DNA of 63,005 bases, the filler included, from Folioceros fuciformis (lineage: Eukaryota), in the NCBI GenBank assembly GCA_049999805.1. It is 3 parts of 3 records of this genome, joined end to end, with 100 filler letters (N's around TTAATTAATTAA, not from the genome) between each part and the next. Parts side by side here need not be neighbours in the genome. Positions count along the whole stretch, not along the records: positions 46,752 to 63,005 come from JBNGIO010006342.1; 2 more parts are not named here. The stretch is one strand, 5' to 3'. Shown in pieces: positions 51,059-63,005 of the stretch. Both the position numbers and the translations under genes were made by a program. Within the stretch, counting starts at the first letter, position 1. Every line of letters starts with the position of its first letter. The notes beneath the pieces were generated by a model. That model was not told the DNA's origin. It saw nothing but the letters and a program-made list of their open reading frames with translations, and did no database searches.

Positions 51059-51614
51059 TGTTAGCGGAAGCATGGAAGCCAAACCCAGACTAAAGCAAAA
51101 AGGAATATTGCATTAATTAAAAAACAACTCAAAGGTCACTTAAATACAAAAAGGTTCATAACCTAATTTAACTAAATAATATTAACCCTAGGTAGGTTGC
51201 TTTAATCAGGGTTAACCTAACCCGTAACACTCCCTCTTAACCTACCAGGGATAACCACATGCAACTCAAACCAGCTCTGAGTTACACCGAGTGTATCGCT
51301 TCTTCAACGGAACGTAAACGGGCACCATTTAAAGCCACGTTACTTCGCCGTTACCACTCGTGCCACCATTACGCTCACTGCATCTTCCTGAGACCTCGTG
51401 ACGCCGGTTCACATTTGCAAGCACAGAGCATGGAGCCCGCTGCAATTCTGGAGCTCTTAAGCTCGATCGTCATGGGCCTCTCAGCAACTCTGTTTCTGAT
51501 CGCGACGGGTGCATCTCGACAGAGACTAGTGGAAGCCTGAAGACAGACAACTCGCGTCGACGTTCCACAAGGGCTCTGGCGTAGCTCTCCAACCCAGCAG
51601 CAGTCGCGGCAGAC

Positions 51615-51875
51615 ATGGCAAAGGCAGCAAGCATCCTCCGAAGAGCCGACCTCGAGCTTCTGCGCTATCTTCAGAAGACTGCCCTAAAGTGTGAAGAAGC
51701 CAGAGAGGCAATGGACGTGGCGCGCGACAGGGTCCTGGAGCTGAGGGACCTGCTTGCAAAGACTCCTGACAACTGCGGCTTCGAGATCCCTCCGACCATA
51801 GAAGAACTCACGACAATCGTTGGAAGGCTGGAGCAAATGGGATACGGTAAACTGCAGAACACACCCACGACTTGA
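51615..51875 (+). CDS. Antisense extra ORF in the Copia 3' region, helical/coiled-coil, unknown function
   Basis: 86-aa ATG ORF MAKAASILRRADLELLRYLQK...; frame stays open further upstream apart from one TAG at ~51582. Confidence 0.4.
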   Translation: MAKAASILRRADLELLRYLQKTALKCEEAREAMDVARDRVLELRDLLAKTPDNCGFEIPPTIEELTTIVGRLEQMGYGKLQNTPTT

Positions 51876-52042
51876 TTTGCGCTTTACGGCTTCATCCACT
51901 GTGTGTATTCTGAAAGCCTGTCAGCTCATGTGTAGGTGGAGAGTTTCCTCCAGACAGAAAGCAGCCTTCCCAGCTATCTGAAACTGTAAGAAACACACTT
52001 GTTTGCTCATGACTGACAGGCTGTAGCCACTTTTTTTGTACT

Positions 52043-55000
52043 TTAGGCTTTAGGCAGAGGTAGGGAGAACTCTTTCAGTCCCATAGCTGCCGTATGCTGA
52101 TAATGTTTGAACTGAGGCAAGCCCTTAGTTAATATATCAGCTGTATTAGAGTCTGTGTTGATGTACTGTACGCGGGCTATGCCTCTATCTGCCACATCCC
52201 GGATATAATGATAGTAAAGCTCTATATGTTTTGTACGAGCATGAAACCTGGGATTGGAGACTAGGGCAATTGCTGACATATTGTCACAGAAGAGCAAAGT
52301 CGGATCAGTCTATGGTAAGCGAATTGCCTCAAGGAAACGCCTTTCCCACTCAAGTTCCTTGCATGCATCCGTGAGAGACTTATACTCGGCTTCTGTTGAT
52401 GACAGGGCTAAGGAAGACTGCTTCTTACAAGACCAGTTCACAGCACCACAAGCCAAGGTGAAAACATAAGCTGATAAGCTACGACGAGAGTCAGCGTCTG
52501 ATGCCCAATCAGCATCTGTGAAAGCTGTAAGTGTAAGATCTCTATTTCCACTTGAAATATAGTGTAAACCATAATTAAGAGTGCCTTTTAGAAATCTGTA
52601 TATACGCTTAACAGCTGACCAATGTGCTCTCCCTGGGTTTTCCAAGAACTGAGAAACGGAACTCACAGCATAGCTGATATCAGGCCGGGTCCAGTTCGCC
52701 AGAAAAATAAGACTGCCTACAGCTTCTGCATACGGAACTGTAGACATATACTCCACCTCATCTGCATCTTGAGGGGACTGCTCTACAGTAAGTTTTACCC
52801 CCACTGCAGAAGGTGTAGATAAAGGCTTGGCTAAATCCATATGAAAGCGTTTCAATATTTCCTTAATATACTTTGTCTGATGAAGTACAATGGAATGTGT
52901 ACTCCTGTCCCGCAGAATCTGTACACCCAAGCAGTATTGAAGAGGGCCTTGGTCTGTCATCTCGAATTCAGTACGCAACAAGGCTTTAACCCTATCCATG
53001 TGTACCATCTGGTCACTGAGGAGGATGGCATCATCGACATAAAGGGCAAGTATGACAAAGGAAGACCCAACAGCAAGGTAAAATACATTAGAGTCTGCTG
53101 GAGACTGAATAAAGCCATGTTTCCTTAGAAAAGCTGTAATTCGTTTATACCACGCTCGAGGACTTTGCTTAAGACCGTAGATAGTTTTCAACAACTTACA
53201 CACCTTCTTTGGAAACTTCTTGTCCACAAACCCTTCAGGCTGGAGCATGTACAGTACCTCTTCAAGCTCACCATGCAGAAAGGCTGTACACACATCCATC
53301 TGATGCAATGCAAGGTCAAATTCGGCAGCCATAGCAAGAAGAATACGTATAGAGGGTGGCTTCACTACTGGTGAAAAAGTGTCACCATAGTCGATACCAG
53401 GTATCTGTGAAAAACCTCTTGCTACTAAGCGTGACTTATAGCGTGCTATAGTACCATCTGACTTCAACTTGGTTTTAAACACCCATTTGCAGGAATAGGC
53501 TTACGGCCAGGCGGGAGATCAGCAAGCTCCCATGTGTGATTCTTAATCAAAGAATTATATTCATCATCGATGGAGATACGCCAATGATGACCATCCGGTC
53601 CATTCAAGGCTTCCGAATAGCTTTGTGGATCTGGCCTCACCTCAGGCACATGAACATCAACAACATGGGCATAAGACCTCCGGAAATCAACAGCTTGGTA
53701 TGGTGACTCCATCCAGTCAGCTCGTCCTCTCCTTTCTCTTGTTGGATACCTAGGAGGAGGATCTTCAGCTGGTACTAACTCATGAATGATAGGTGGTTGT
53801 ACTCCCTCTGCAGCTGTAGTGTCATGAGGCAAAGTATCTGAATCATCAGCAACAGACTCTGCATTGCTGGCAACTGACAAGGAATCTGAACCATCATCAT
53901 GAGGAATGTCAAGAGGCTCCACAACATCAGCCCCTTGTACATCAGGTACTAAAATCTGCTCACTGTCTTGCTCACAGTTCTGATTCACAGCTGAAGTAGA
54001 GGAACCATGTACGTCTGAAGCATCATCCACAACACTTGGTTCACCATCTGACATAGGAAAAACAGCTGGAACTAAAGCATTTGTTGACTCATGCTCCAGA
54101 CTTGGACTTGCAGATTCACCAGAACTCCCTGCATCAAGTTGCTCTACAGAGGACACTACACGAGGTAATAAAAGTTCCTTGAAAGTAGCACTTCGAGCTA
54201 GAACAATCTTCTTAGTTGCAGGGTCCAGCAACTTGTAAGCCTTAGATTCCTCTGAATAACCAACAAACACAAGTGGCTGAGACCTATCATCCAACTTGTT
54301 TCGCTTGGGTGCAGGAATATAAGCATAAGCAAGTGAACCAAACACTCGCAGATGGAGAATACTAGGTTTTCGACCCCAGAAGGCCTCATATGGAGTCCGA
54401 CCAACGACAGCAGAGGTAAGAACCCTATTCAGAGTATATGTAGCATAGACAATAGCTTCAGCCCAGTAGGATTTAGGCAATCCAGACCAAGACAGCTCAC
54501 TCCGTGTCATACCCATAAGAATTTGATTCCTCCTTTCAGACACACCATTCTGTTGCTGGGTATATGGAATAGCAAGTTGCCTAGTGATTCCGTACTGACG
54601 AAACAAGGCATCCACATTTCCTCCTGTGAACTCTCCCCCATTGTCGGTACGGAAACATTTAACCTGTTGTCCTGTCTGCAGATGAACCATAGGAATCCAA
54701 GCTAAAAGGATGTCACACACCTCACTCTTCACAGCCATGGGGAATGTCCAGGTATAACGTGAATAATCATCAGTCAAGGTAAGATAATACTCAGCGCCTC
54801 CAAGTGATTTGACAGGCATTCTTCCTGAAATGTCTGCATGAATTAAATCCAAGATTCCCTTTGCTCTTGTGGCAGACTTAGGAAAAGGGAGCTCCTTCTG
54901 TTTGGATAAGGCACATGCGCTGCACACAGGCAAGTGCTTGAAACAAGAAGGAAGACGTTCCCGATAACAATCAGACCTGGACATCAAATCCAGCTTAGAG

Positions 55001-56634
55001 CGATTCACATGACCTAGGCGAGCATGCCAGAGGTAAGCTTGAGCACTGACAGAAGAAACAAGAACTCTAGATTTGTCTTTAGACACTGTGTCTAACTGAT
55101 ACAAGTCCTCACACAGTGTAGCTTTGGCTATGTAGGTTTCAGGCTCAGACAACATGTAAAGGTAACAACACTTGTCCTCAAACCTAAAACCGTAAGTAGA
55201 ACCTTGTGCAATTGCTCGGACTGATAATAGATTTTTACTCATGTCAGGTACATAAAGGACATTCTCTAAAGTCAAGGACGAACCATCAGGCAAGGACAAG
55301 TGTACTATGCCAGCTCCCTTGACTTGTATAGCACGAGAGTCACCAACAAAAACAGATTGTGGGTAAGACCGTGTGCGAAAAGCTGCAAACTGATCCCTAT
55401 CATTGCAGACATGTGCTGTTGCTCCAGAATCGACAAACCAACATGATGGACCATGGCAGGAAGAAGTGAGACAAACTGTCAACGCAGTACTGCTACTTCT
55501 GGGAAGAGTTGAAGAAGAAGAAGGATTCCTGGAGTCCTTTGTTGCAACATGAGCTTCAGGTTTACTCTCGCGCTTCGGACTCCCTGCTTTCTTTTTCTTA
55601 CAGTCTCTTTCCCAATGTCCAGCTACACCACACCAGTTACAGTTTCCCTGGCGCTTCACTGGAGTAGACAAAAAGGAGCCAGCAGACTGTCCAGGTGAGA
55701 ACATCTGCTGCTGTTTTCCTTTAGTCTTTCCTTTCCAAGGCCCTTTCACTTTAGCAACCAAAACCTTGTCTCCTCGCAGGCGAGAGGAACCAGACCTCTG
55801 ACGGCTCTGTTCCTCCTGTAGCAGGGCACCAACCACTTCATTCAAGCTTAAGGTGGAAGGAAGACCAAAAGCAACTGCCTTATATGCATCTCGCAAAATG
55901 GAGTTCTGACTGGACACAAAATTCTGGTAGGATGAAGGCAAGCTAGAAAGCAGCTGAGCAGTCACGTCCAGCTCGGTCATCTTGCAACCCAACGCTGCTA
56001 GCTGAGCACGCAGGTAACGCAGACGAGTGACATGTGTTCCAACTGAATCTCCTTCTTTCAACCTCAAACCAAAAAATTCATTCCTTGCAGCAACTAATGT
56101 CAGAATGTTCTGCACTTGATAGGTGTCCTTGAGCTGACTCCAAACAGCAGCAGCAGAGCCAAGAAACTCAACTTCAGTTACAGTCGTTTCATCCAGCCCT
56201 GATAGTAGCATAGCAAAGGCAACTTTATTTCCTTTGTTCCACTTTGCTATCTCTTCTGGTGTACCCTTAGGAATTGTTGCTGATGGATCTGGGAGTGACC
56301 CGTCAACATACTCCCAGACATCTCTCGCATCCAGGTAAGCTCTCATCCTAGCTTTCCATCCTTCGAAGCGTCCAGGTTTGCCATCAAACCTGTCTTTTTC
56401 TTTAAAATCTCCACCATAACCTGACTGTATAAAGGCTGTAGATGGTGAAGGAGCAGATGAACTAGCCGTAGCACCAGATGCAGAGCTTGTGGGAACAGCC
56501 ATCTGTGACTGCAAAGGAAGAGCTGGACGCAAACCAGGTGAAGGGGCGGACACAGTTGATCCTACAGCTACTGAAGTCAACAGTAAACGAGCTAATGATT
56601 CAGCCAAGGTATCAAGATCAAGGTCCTCATCCAT
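52043..56634 (-). CDS. Copia gag-pol (gag, CCHC, PR, IN, RT, RNase H) with one frameshift (~53490) and one premature stop (52310)
   Basis: CNWCGVAGHWERDC, WFVDSGAT, LWHARLGH...CSAC, RTDNGGEF, YKSRLVARGFSQ, LYVDD, FTDADWA, CDNMSAI...HARTKHIE, ADILTK. Confidence 0.93.
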
Positions 56635-56790
56635 TCACCAAGTAGCACAGACACAACCAGCCTGGTGAGTCTATGCTGTGAATTCTGTTCCATGGCTGAC
56701 TAAACGAGAGGTAAGACACAGAACAGTCACCATAAAAACGAAACAAAACGAAACGACAAAACTCAAGTTAGTTTGCCCGCCACCGGAAAC

Positions 56791-57380
56791 CTAACTTAAC
56801 GTTTCGTTTCGTTTCAGCAGTCCGTCGAGGCCAGCAACTGAAGCAGCAACCTCACGCGCGCGACGCTCCAGATCTGGACCTTTAATCGCACGGGCTGCTG
56901 CTAGATGTGCCTGGGCATCGGCACGCGGGCTGAAGGGGAATCCGGCGCCGCTGAGGAACGCATGGAACACGTACAAATCCAATTCTGTGGTGAATTATGA
57001 CTTGTATTCTGTGTCTTTGCTCGTTCTCCACTCAGGGCTGCAATCTTCAACGATAGCTCATCTAGCTGCAGCGCCTCAACCCGTTGATTCTCCAGAACTC
57101 GCAGTAACAAGGATACAGCAGTGTCAAGCCGGGTAATCAAATGCTGTAGTGTTGGAATTGCCACCTTGCTCCTGGATTTCTTCTTACAGAAAAATCGCTG
57201 AAATTGAGAATGCAGAAAAGCTCTCTCATTCTCTCCAGAATATGCTGGTGGATAATAATTCCTCAGGTATGTGGCTGGCCTATTAGGTGCACGAAATGGC
57301 TCAGGCCTTTCTGACATACAATTTTTATGAGAAAAATGTCTCATCAAAAATTGTGGCAATGGCTCATATGAATACCGTTG
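56791..57380 (-). CDS. Extra sense ORF upstream of Copia gag (two overlapping frames), coiled-coil
   Basis: LQHLITRLDTAVSLLLRVLENQRVEALQLDELSLKIAAL, then DLYVFHAFLSG...LERRAREVAASVAGLDGLL; lies between PBS and gag; 5' end in gap. Confidence 0.4.
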
Positions 57381-57924
57381 CCTGCCNNNNNNNNNNNNNN
57401 NNNNNNNNNNNNNNNNNNNNNNNNNNNNNNNNNNNNNNNNNNNNNNNNNNNNNNNNNNNNNNNNNNNNNNNNNNNNNNNNNNNNNNGGCTCATATGAATA
57501 CCGTTGCCTGCCGCTCGAGGCGCTAGCGGCATCACAAATCCTGACAGAAAACACTACACATCCGACTACCCATCAAAAGATTGGACATTATCCAAACATC
57601 CGGAAAATCATAATCCTGTACTCTTATGACTACATAAAATAATGCATAAGAAACATGGAAAATCCAACTTAAGACGTGCTAATTACAAACACCATCCCAA
57701 GATCCTATAGACAGAAAAATCACTAAGATTAACTCTGCTCTGATACCATGTTAGCGGAAGCATGGAAGCCAAACCCAGACTAAAGCAAAAAGGAATATTG
57801 CATTAATTAAAAAACAACTCAAAGGTCACTTAAATACAAAAAGGTTCATAACCTAATTTAACTAAATAATATTAACCCTAGGTAGGTTACTTTAATCAGG
57901 GTTAACCTAACCCGTAACAGGTAG

Positions 57925-58600
57925 AGGTTGTGCTGCAACTGGATTTGGAGCTTGAGCGTCCTGGTCTCCTCCTTCATGGACAACCTGAAGAGAGCTATGG
58001 ATCCGCTTGAGCAAGGGGTTGGTGCACGGGAGGCTGCGCTAGCGGCATGAGTCCCCGTTGAGCGGCTTGGTGCCACTTGATCTCTATCTCAATTTCCTCC
58101 TTCACATTGCAATCGGGGGAGTCAAGGTAAGGGGAGGAGCCTATGATACTCCCGCTGTCTACCAAGCCACTTGATCTCTATCTCAATTTCCTCCTCCACA
58201 TTGCAATTGGGGGAGTAAAGGTAAGGGGAGGAGCCTATGATACTCCCGCTGTCTCCTGGGAGACTAAAAGGATGGTCCAGGTGTTCACGTACATAAACAC
58301 TCTGAGAGATTGTAACTTAATGTGAGTGTGGGTGAATGAGCTTGTAGCCTTTTACTCCATCCATATATCCAACAAATATGAGCTTCTGTGCTCAGGGATC
58401 AAATTTACTAGGCTTGGGATTATAAGCATGACGCTTCTCTTTGGGAATCCAAGAGTAGGTTTCTGACCCAAACACACGAAGGTGAGACAAGGAAGGCTTG
58501 GTGCCACTCCAAAGCTCAAAAGGACCACCGTAAAGCTTTGTTGTGCAATACTGGTGTGCTTGAAACCCCTGGTGGCTGGAAGCCATGGGTCAAAATAGGG
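57925..58600 (-). mobile_element. Older Copia element, integrase C-terminal part (other half of the host of the nested insertion)
   Basis: PFELWSGTKPSLSHLRVFGS..YSWIPKEKR; includes a ~95-bp tandem duplication at ~58072-58253. Confidence 0.75.
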
Positions 58601-59058
58601 GAAGCTGCATGCCCAAGGCACTGCCATATGGGGAATATAGACTCCCCACTCCCTAATCTCTCGTAGAGGCTACAATCTACAACCACCAAACATGTCAGTG
58701 CTACACCCCACTAAGAGCATCAAATAACACAATGATAAACTTGCTACAAAAGCTCCATCAGATTGAAAACAAGCTTCACATTGAGACCCGTTTGCTCCAT
58801 AACCTCATGGGCACTGTATANNNNNNNNNNNNNNNNNNNNNNNNNNNNNNNNNNNNNNNNNNNNNNNNNNNNNNNNNNNNNNNNNNNNNNNNNNNNNNNN
58901 NNNNNNNNNNNNNNNNNNNNGGCACTGTATACAGAGAAGTGAACGAACTAAGATGCGAATTGAACTCTTCGCAAGACAAACCAAACAATCCCTCACCATC
59001 CCGCAAGAACCCTATAAGATCACGATGAAGCCCAAGACTTGCGTGAAATCTCGACACC

Positions 59059-60885
59059 ATGTCAAGAGCTGGTGGAGGAACCGCTCAACCCAACCCTATA
59101 TACCACAGCAACTTCCGCATCGAAATAAAGGAAAGAGACAGATTCACTAGCATTGATTACGATGTGTGGTCTACCAGGATGAGAGGGCACCTTGAAGATG
59201 TCGATATGTGGACAATAGTTGATGGATCGCTCCCGTGCCCTACCTCCGTAGGGCACCTTGAAGATGCCGATATGTGGACAATAGTTGATGGATCGCTCCC
59301 ATGCCCTACCTCCATAGGTCTAGAACTTGATTAGTGGAATAAATCCGAGAGGAAAGCCAGAAACCTTCTAATTGCAGGACTAGATAAAGACATGGTGCAC
59401 CACACTTTTGGTACACCCACATCCTACACTATGTGGGAGTGCTTCCACCAGATGTACGAAGCAACCGACCCATACGTTGCTACAGCGACAAGGAACTTTC
59501 ACCTCCTTAGATATGAGGCCGACAAGGAACTTTCACCTCTTTAAATGTAAGGACGACAAGGAACTTTCACCTCCTTAAATAAGAGGACGACAAGGAACTT
59601 TCACCTCCTTAGATATAAGGACGACAAGGAACTTTCACCTCCTTAGATATAAGGACAACAAGGAACTTTCACCTCCTTAGATATAAGGACGACAAGGAAC
59701 TTTCACCTCCTTAGATATAAGGACGACAAGGAACTTTCACCTCCTTAAATATAAGGACGACAAGGAACTTTGACCTCCTTATATATAAGGACGACAAGGA
59801 ACTTTGACCTCCTTAAATATAAGGATGCAGATAGTATCCACACACATCTAAGCACCTTCCGAACCCTAAGAGCAAGATTGGCTTCCTATGGCACACATCT
59901 CTCAGAGCTTGAGGCGGCCATAGCCCTCCTAACCCTACCACAAAGCTGGCATACCTTCACAACCACACAAAATGGCCTTAATAAGCAGTCACAACAGGCA
60001 AACAAATTAAATCTTGGAGACAGGATGACCCTTTCAGAGGTCATAGCGGCCGTCATTAAGGACGACTCTGCCAGTGGATATCTAGAAGCGCAAGCGTTGC
60101 CCCGGGACATGCCTTATCATCTTGAGGCCTAATAGGCAAAGACACACAAGAAATAGAAACTGGCAAGGCAGGAACGAAGGAAAAAAGCTCATTTCTCCAG
60201 GCTTTGCTAATCCCCGTCGAAAGGGGAGCTGCAAATAGTGTAGAAATTTAGGGCACTATGAACGAGAGTGTCGAAGTAAACAAGTGGGTGAACCAAGAAA
60301 GCATGTTCCCCAAAGTGCTCACTTTGTGCAGAGAGCATGTTCCCCAATGCGCTCACGTTGTGCAGAGAGCATGTTCCCCAAGCGCTCACGTTGTGCAGAG
60401 AGCACCGACAATCCTCATCACTGCTCTCTCACTTGGCAATGATAGGTGCTCCTCATGGTATCTAGATAGCGGTGCCTCCGCTCACATATGTAAGGATCCT
60501 AGCTGCTTCTACACCTACATACCACTACATGAGGGAGGGCTGATCTATGCTGCAGGCACCGGCACAGTTACACTAACGTGCTAGACCGGTTGCACCATAA
60601 GTTTGACAGACTTGCTTCATGTACCCAGGGTAGGAAAAAACCTCGTTGCAGTTAGCAGTCTTACAATGATAAGCAACACGAGGTACACTTCAAAGCCCAG
60701 AAGTGTGAGATCTACCTGTATGACAAGGCCCTTTCGGTTATCTGCCGCGGAGAGAAAGAGGATCAACTCTACACTCTCAAAGCAACTGCAACCCTCGGAT
60801 CAGCCCAATTGGCTCGGACCTCAAACAAAGCTGAAGTCAAGAAGCTATGGCATCTCCGCCTGGGCCACTCCAATCTGAAACTTTT
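59059..60885 (+). mobile_element. Degenerate Copia gag-protease-GAG-pre-integrase fragment
   Basis: IKERDRF...WSTRMRGHL..DMWTIVDGSLPCP (66-bp duplication), HLSTFRTLRARLA, WYLDSGASAHIC, LHVPRVGKNLVAVS, LWHLRLGH. Confidence 0.85.
59487..59826 (+). repeat. 34-bp minisatellite, 10 copies, within the Copia gag remnant
   Basis: GACAAGGAACTTTCACCTCCTTAGATATAAGGAC at 59487, 59521, 59555, 59589, 59623, 59657, 59691, 59725, 59759, 59793. Confidence 0.93.
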
Positions 60886-62986
60886 TCCAGATTGTTTTCC
60901 GGAGGCAGCTCAGCCCGGCCGATGACGCAGGTCTCTGCCTGCTTGTAGATGTACCTGGAAGCCAGGAACAGGAAGACGATGACATTTACAGCATTTGCAA
61001 CAGCCACGAACCAATAGAAGTTATCCAAGCGGGAGGCGTTAATGTTCGCCCCGACCCATGCATAATTCCCGTTCCGCTCTGTGAAGAGGGATGTAAGTGA
61101 GATGAAGCCCGTATTGAGAAAATTCCCGGCTCCCGTGGCTGACAAAGTCATGGAAGCACCCACAGTCCGCATTTGATCTGGACAGTCATCATAGAAGAAC
61201 TGGGTTCCTGCCACCATGGCGAACACTTCCGCAAGCCCTATGATGACGTACTGGGGGACAAGGCGGAAGATGCTGAGAGGCAGCTTGGTGCGAGGGTGCG
61301 CTTCGAGACCGTGGTCCCACACATACTGCAGCCTCTGCCTCTCCGTGAGAGCTGCGCACACCATCGAAAGGCATGACAACATGTATCCTATTCCCATACG
61401 CTGCAGGACTGTGATCCCCCCTGGCTTGCCAGTGTATTTGCGGGCAAAGGGCACGAAGAACCTGTCGTAAAGGGGAAGGGAAATCATGACAGTGGCTTGG
61501 GCGAAGAACTGGAAGGAGGCTGGAGGGATGTGGAAGTGGGCTCCCAGTTTGTTATCCATGGTGCTGGCTTGCCTGGTGAAGAGAGTGCCGAGCTGGACGA
61601 AAGTTGCGTAGAAGACGGCCTGCGTCACCCAGAAAGGGAGTACCCCGACAAAGAGCTTCACTTCTTCCACTTGTGTCACAGTGCAGATCTTCCAGGGGTC
61701 GCTTTTGTCGTTGGCCGTGCCCACCGTCGCCGCCTTGTCTAAGAACCTGGAGGATAAAAAACAGTCCACGTTTTGGTTCAGGCCAGATGCAGCCGTAAGC
61801 TTGTAAAAGTTTGCACATGGCTTGAATTGAGGAACAGCACTTTTGCAACAGAGACTTGGGACGGGTCAGGGCTTACGTGAAGGAGTCGGTGTGCAGCATT
61901 TGCCTTCTGTTGGGATTCAGATGCTTCCTGCCGGGGACTTCGTACAGAAGCTGGGGGTTGTCAGGAATCGGGACCCTCCATTTCCGGAGTGCAGCAACCA
62001 GGACCTGGACGACCTGGGTGAAGGGACTGCCTTCCACCACACGGTTCCTGTACCGGTAGGTTCCAGTGAAGAAGAAACCAAGCGCAGCACCAAGGAAGAG
62101 TGTGGGGATGCCGAATCCCCAACCCCAGCTCACGAAATCCTGGACATAGACCACCAATGTGACGGACAGCACGATGCCCGCTGCCAGCATGGCGTACCAC
62201 CAGTTGAAAAAGGAGCTTGCGTGTGGGGCCTCCTTCGGGTCCTCCTGGTCGAATTGCGCGGCTCCCAGGGCAGTGATAGACGGCTTCATCAGTCCTATCC
62301 CCAGACCCATGACGTAGAGGGAGAGGAAAAAGAAGCTGCGTCTCCTTCCACCGATGTGCGTGCAGGGAATGGTGGACTCGGCCAGGCAGGGGGGCCTCAA
62401 CCAATCCACCGTCACGCTGCACACCAGCATGATGTGTCCCTGAAGCCATGCCACGGTCAGCTCGATCTGGCGGCTAGAGTCCTGGACACTGCAATGTGGT
62501 TGAGAATGTCGGTCACTTACGAGGAGGTTGACCATACCCCAGAATGCAATTGAGTTGTAGCGGCCCCAAAATGCGTCGGCCAGGAACGCCCCCGGCAGTG
62601 AACAGAAGAAGACGGTTCCCGCCCAATTGTTGACGTCCTTGGCAGCCGTTGCTAAGCCTGATCCCAGCACTTCCGTCAAGTAAGTCACCAGATTAGTGGA
62701 AATGCCGTAGTAGCTCACCCTCTCTGTCAAGTCGATCCCTGATCATTCACCAACATCAACATCAGCAACGTTCTTTCGCTCCTCATCTACAACAACGACA
62801 CCCACAAGCCTGTCGCGTTAAAGCTCAAAACTCTTGGCCCGCAGATCTACAAGTCGTCAACTGATAGCACCGACCCAGGACGAAGAAGCAAGCTTTCCAT
62901 CCTCCCGTACTGGACTTCCTGGCAGGCCTGCCTCTGTAGTCTACAGAGCCATCCTGAGTGAATTCTCCTTCAGAACCTAATTCCAT
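60837..62986 (-). CDS. NPF (NRT1/PTR) family transporter
   Basis: DGSVDYRGRPA...TGGWKAC, TERVSYYGISTNLVTYL, GAFLADAFWGRY, LGAAQFD, SFFNWWY, GSPFTQVVQV, QVEEVK, LQRMGIG, LVPQY, QFFYD; 4 exons ~62986-62875, 62738-62521, ~62440-61875, ~61746-60837. Confidence 0.93.
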
Positions 62987-63005
62987 TGTCTGATGCAGGC
63001 CATAG

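Larger units (their letters stand above)
51059..57919 (-). mobile_element. Full-length young Ty1/Copia LTR retrotransposon
   Basis: 171-bp LTRs 51059-51229 and 57749-57919 (TG...CA, one mismatch), TSD GGTAG at 51054-51058 and 57920-57924, tRNA-Met PBS 57737-57748, PPT AAGAGGGAG at ~51230-51238. Confidence 0.96.

Noticed and set aside
53464-53495. Programmed ribosomal frameshift between integrase and RT
   Set aside because: Copia pol is normally one frame here and no slippery heptamer is evident; better explained as a 1-bp deletion or assembly error.
59487-59826. CRISPR-like regularly spaced 34-bp repeats
   Set aside because: Units are contiguous with no unique spacers, no cas genes are present, the context is eukaryotic, and the unit derives from gag.

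Overview
Compact, intron-rich nuclear DNA of a seed-free land plant. The flagellar gene CFAP58, introns of roughly 80-150 bp and a bryophyte-type Aux/IAA suggest a bryophyte such as a hornwort; this taxon call is inference. Host genes in order: a DUF641-like coiled-coil protein, a ZIP2-type zinc transporter, cyclophilin CYP18-1/PPIL3, a small membrane protein, CFAP58, a long Aux/IAA, peroxisomal AAE17/18, plastoglobule M48 peptidase and an NPF/PTR transporter. Between them lie Copia, Gypsy-like LTR, LINE, MULE and Harbinger-like remnants, plus several assembly gaps. Most notable: (1) a complete 2.8-kb Mutator-like element with ~220-260 bp TIRs and a perfect 9-bp TSD that carries, convergent to its transposase, an RPA70-C-like Zn-ribbon/OB-fold ORF; (2) a young Copia element (171-bp LTRs, 1 mismatch, TSD GGTAG) nested in an older Copia, with extra ORFs upstream of gag and antisense downstream of pol; (3) a pseudogene resembling the C-terminal RING region of the animal MYCBP2/Highwire E3 ligase; (4) an NPF gene whose stop codon comes from an antisense Copia fragment. 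All family assignments are by eye from motifs, not database searches.
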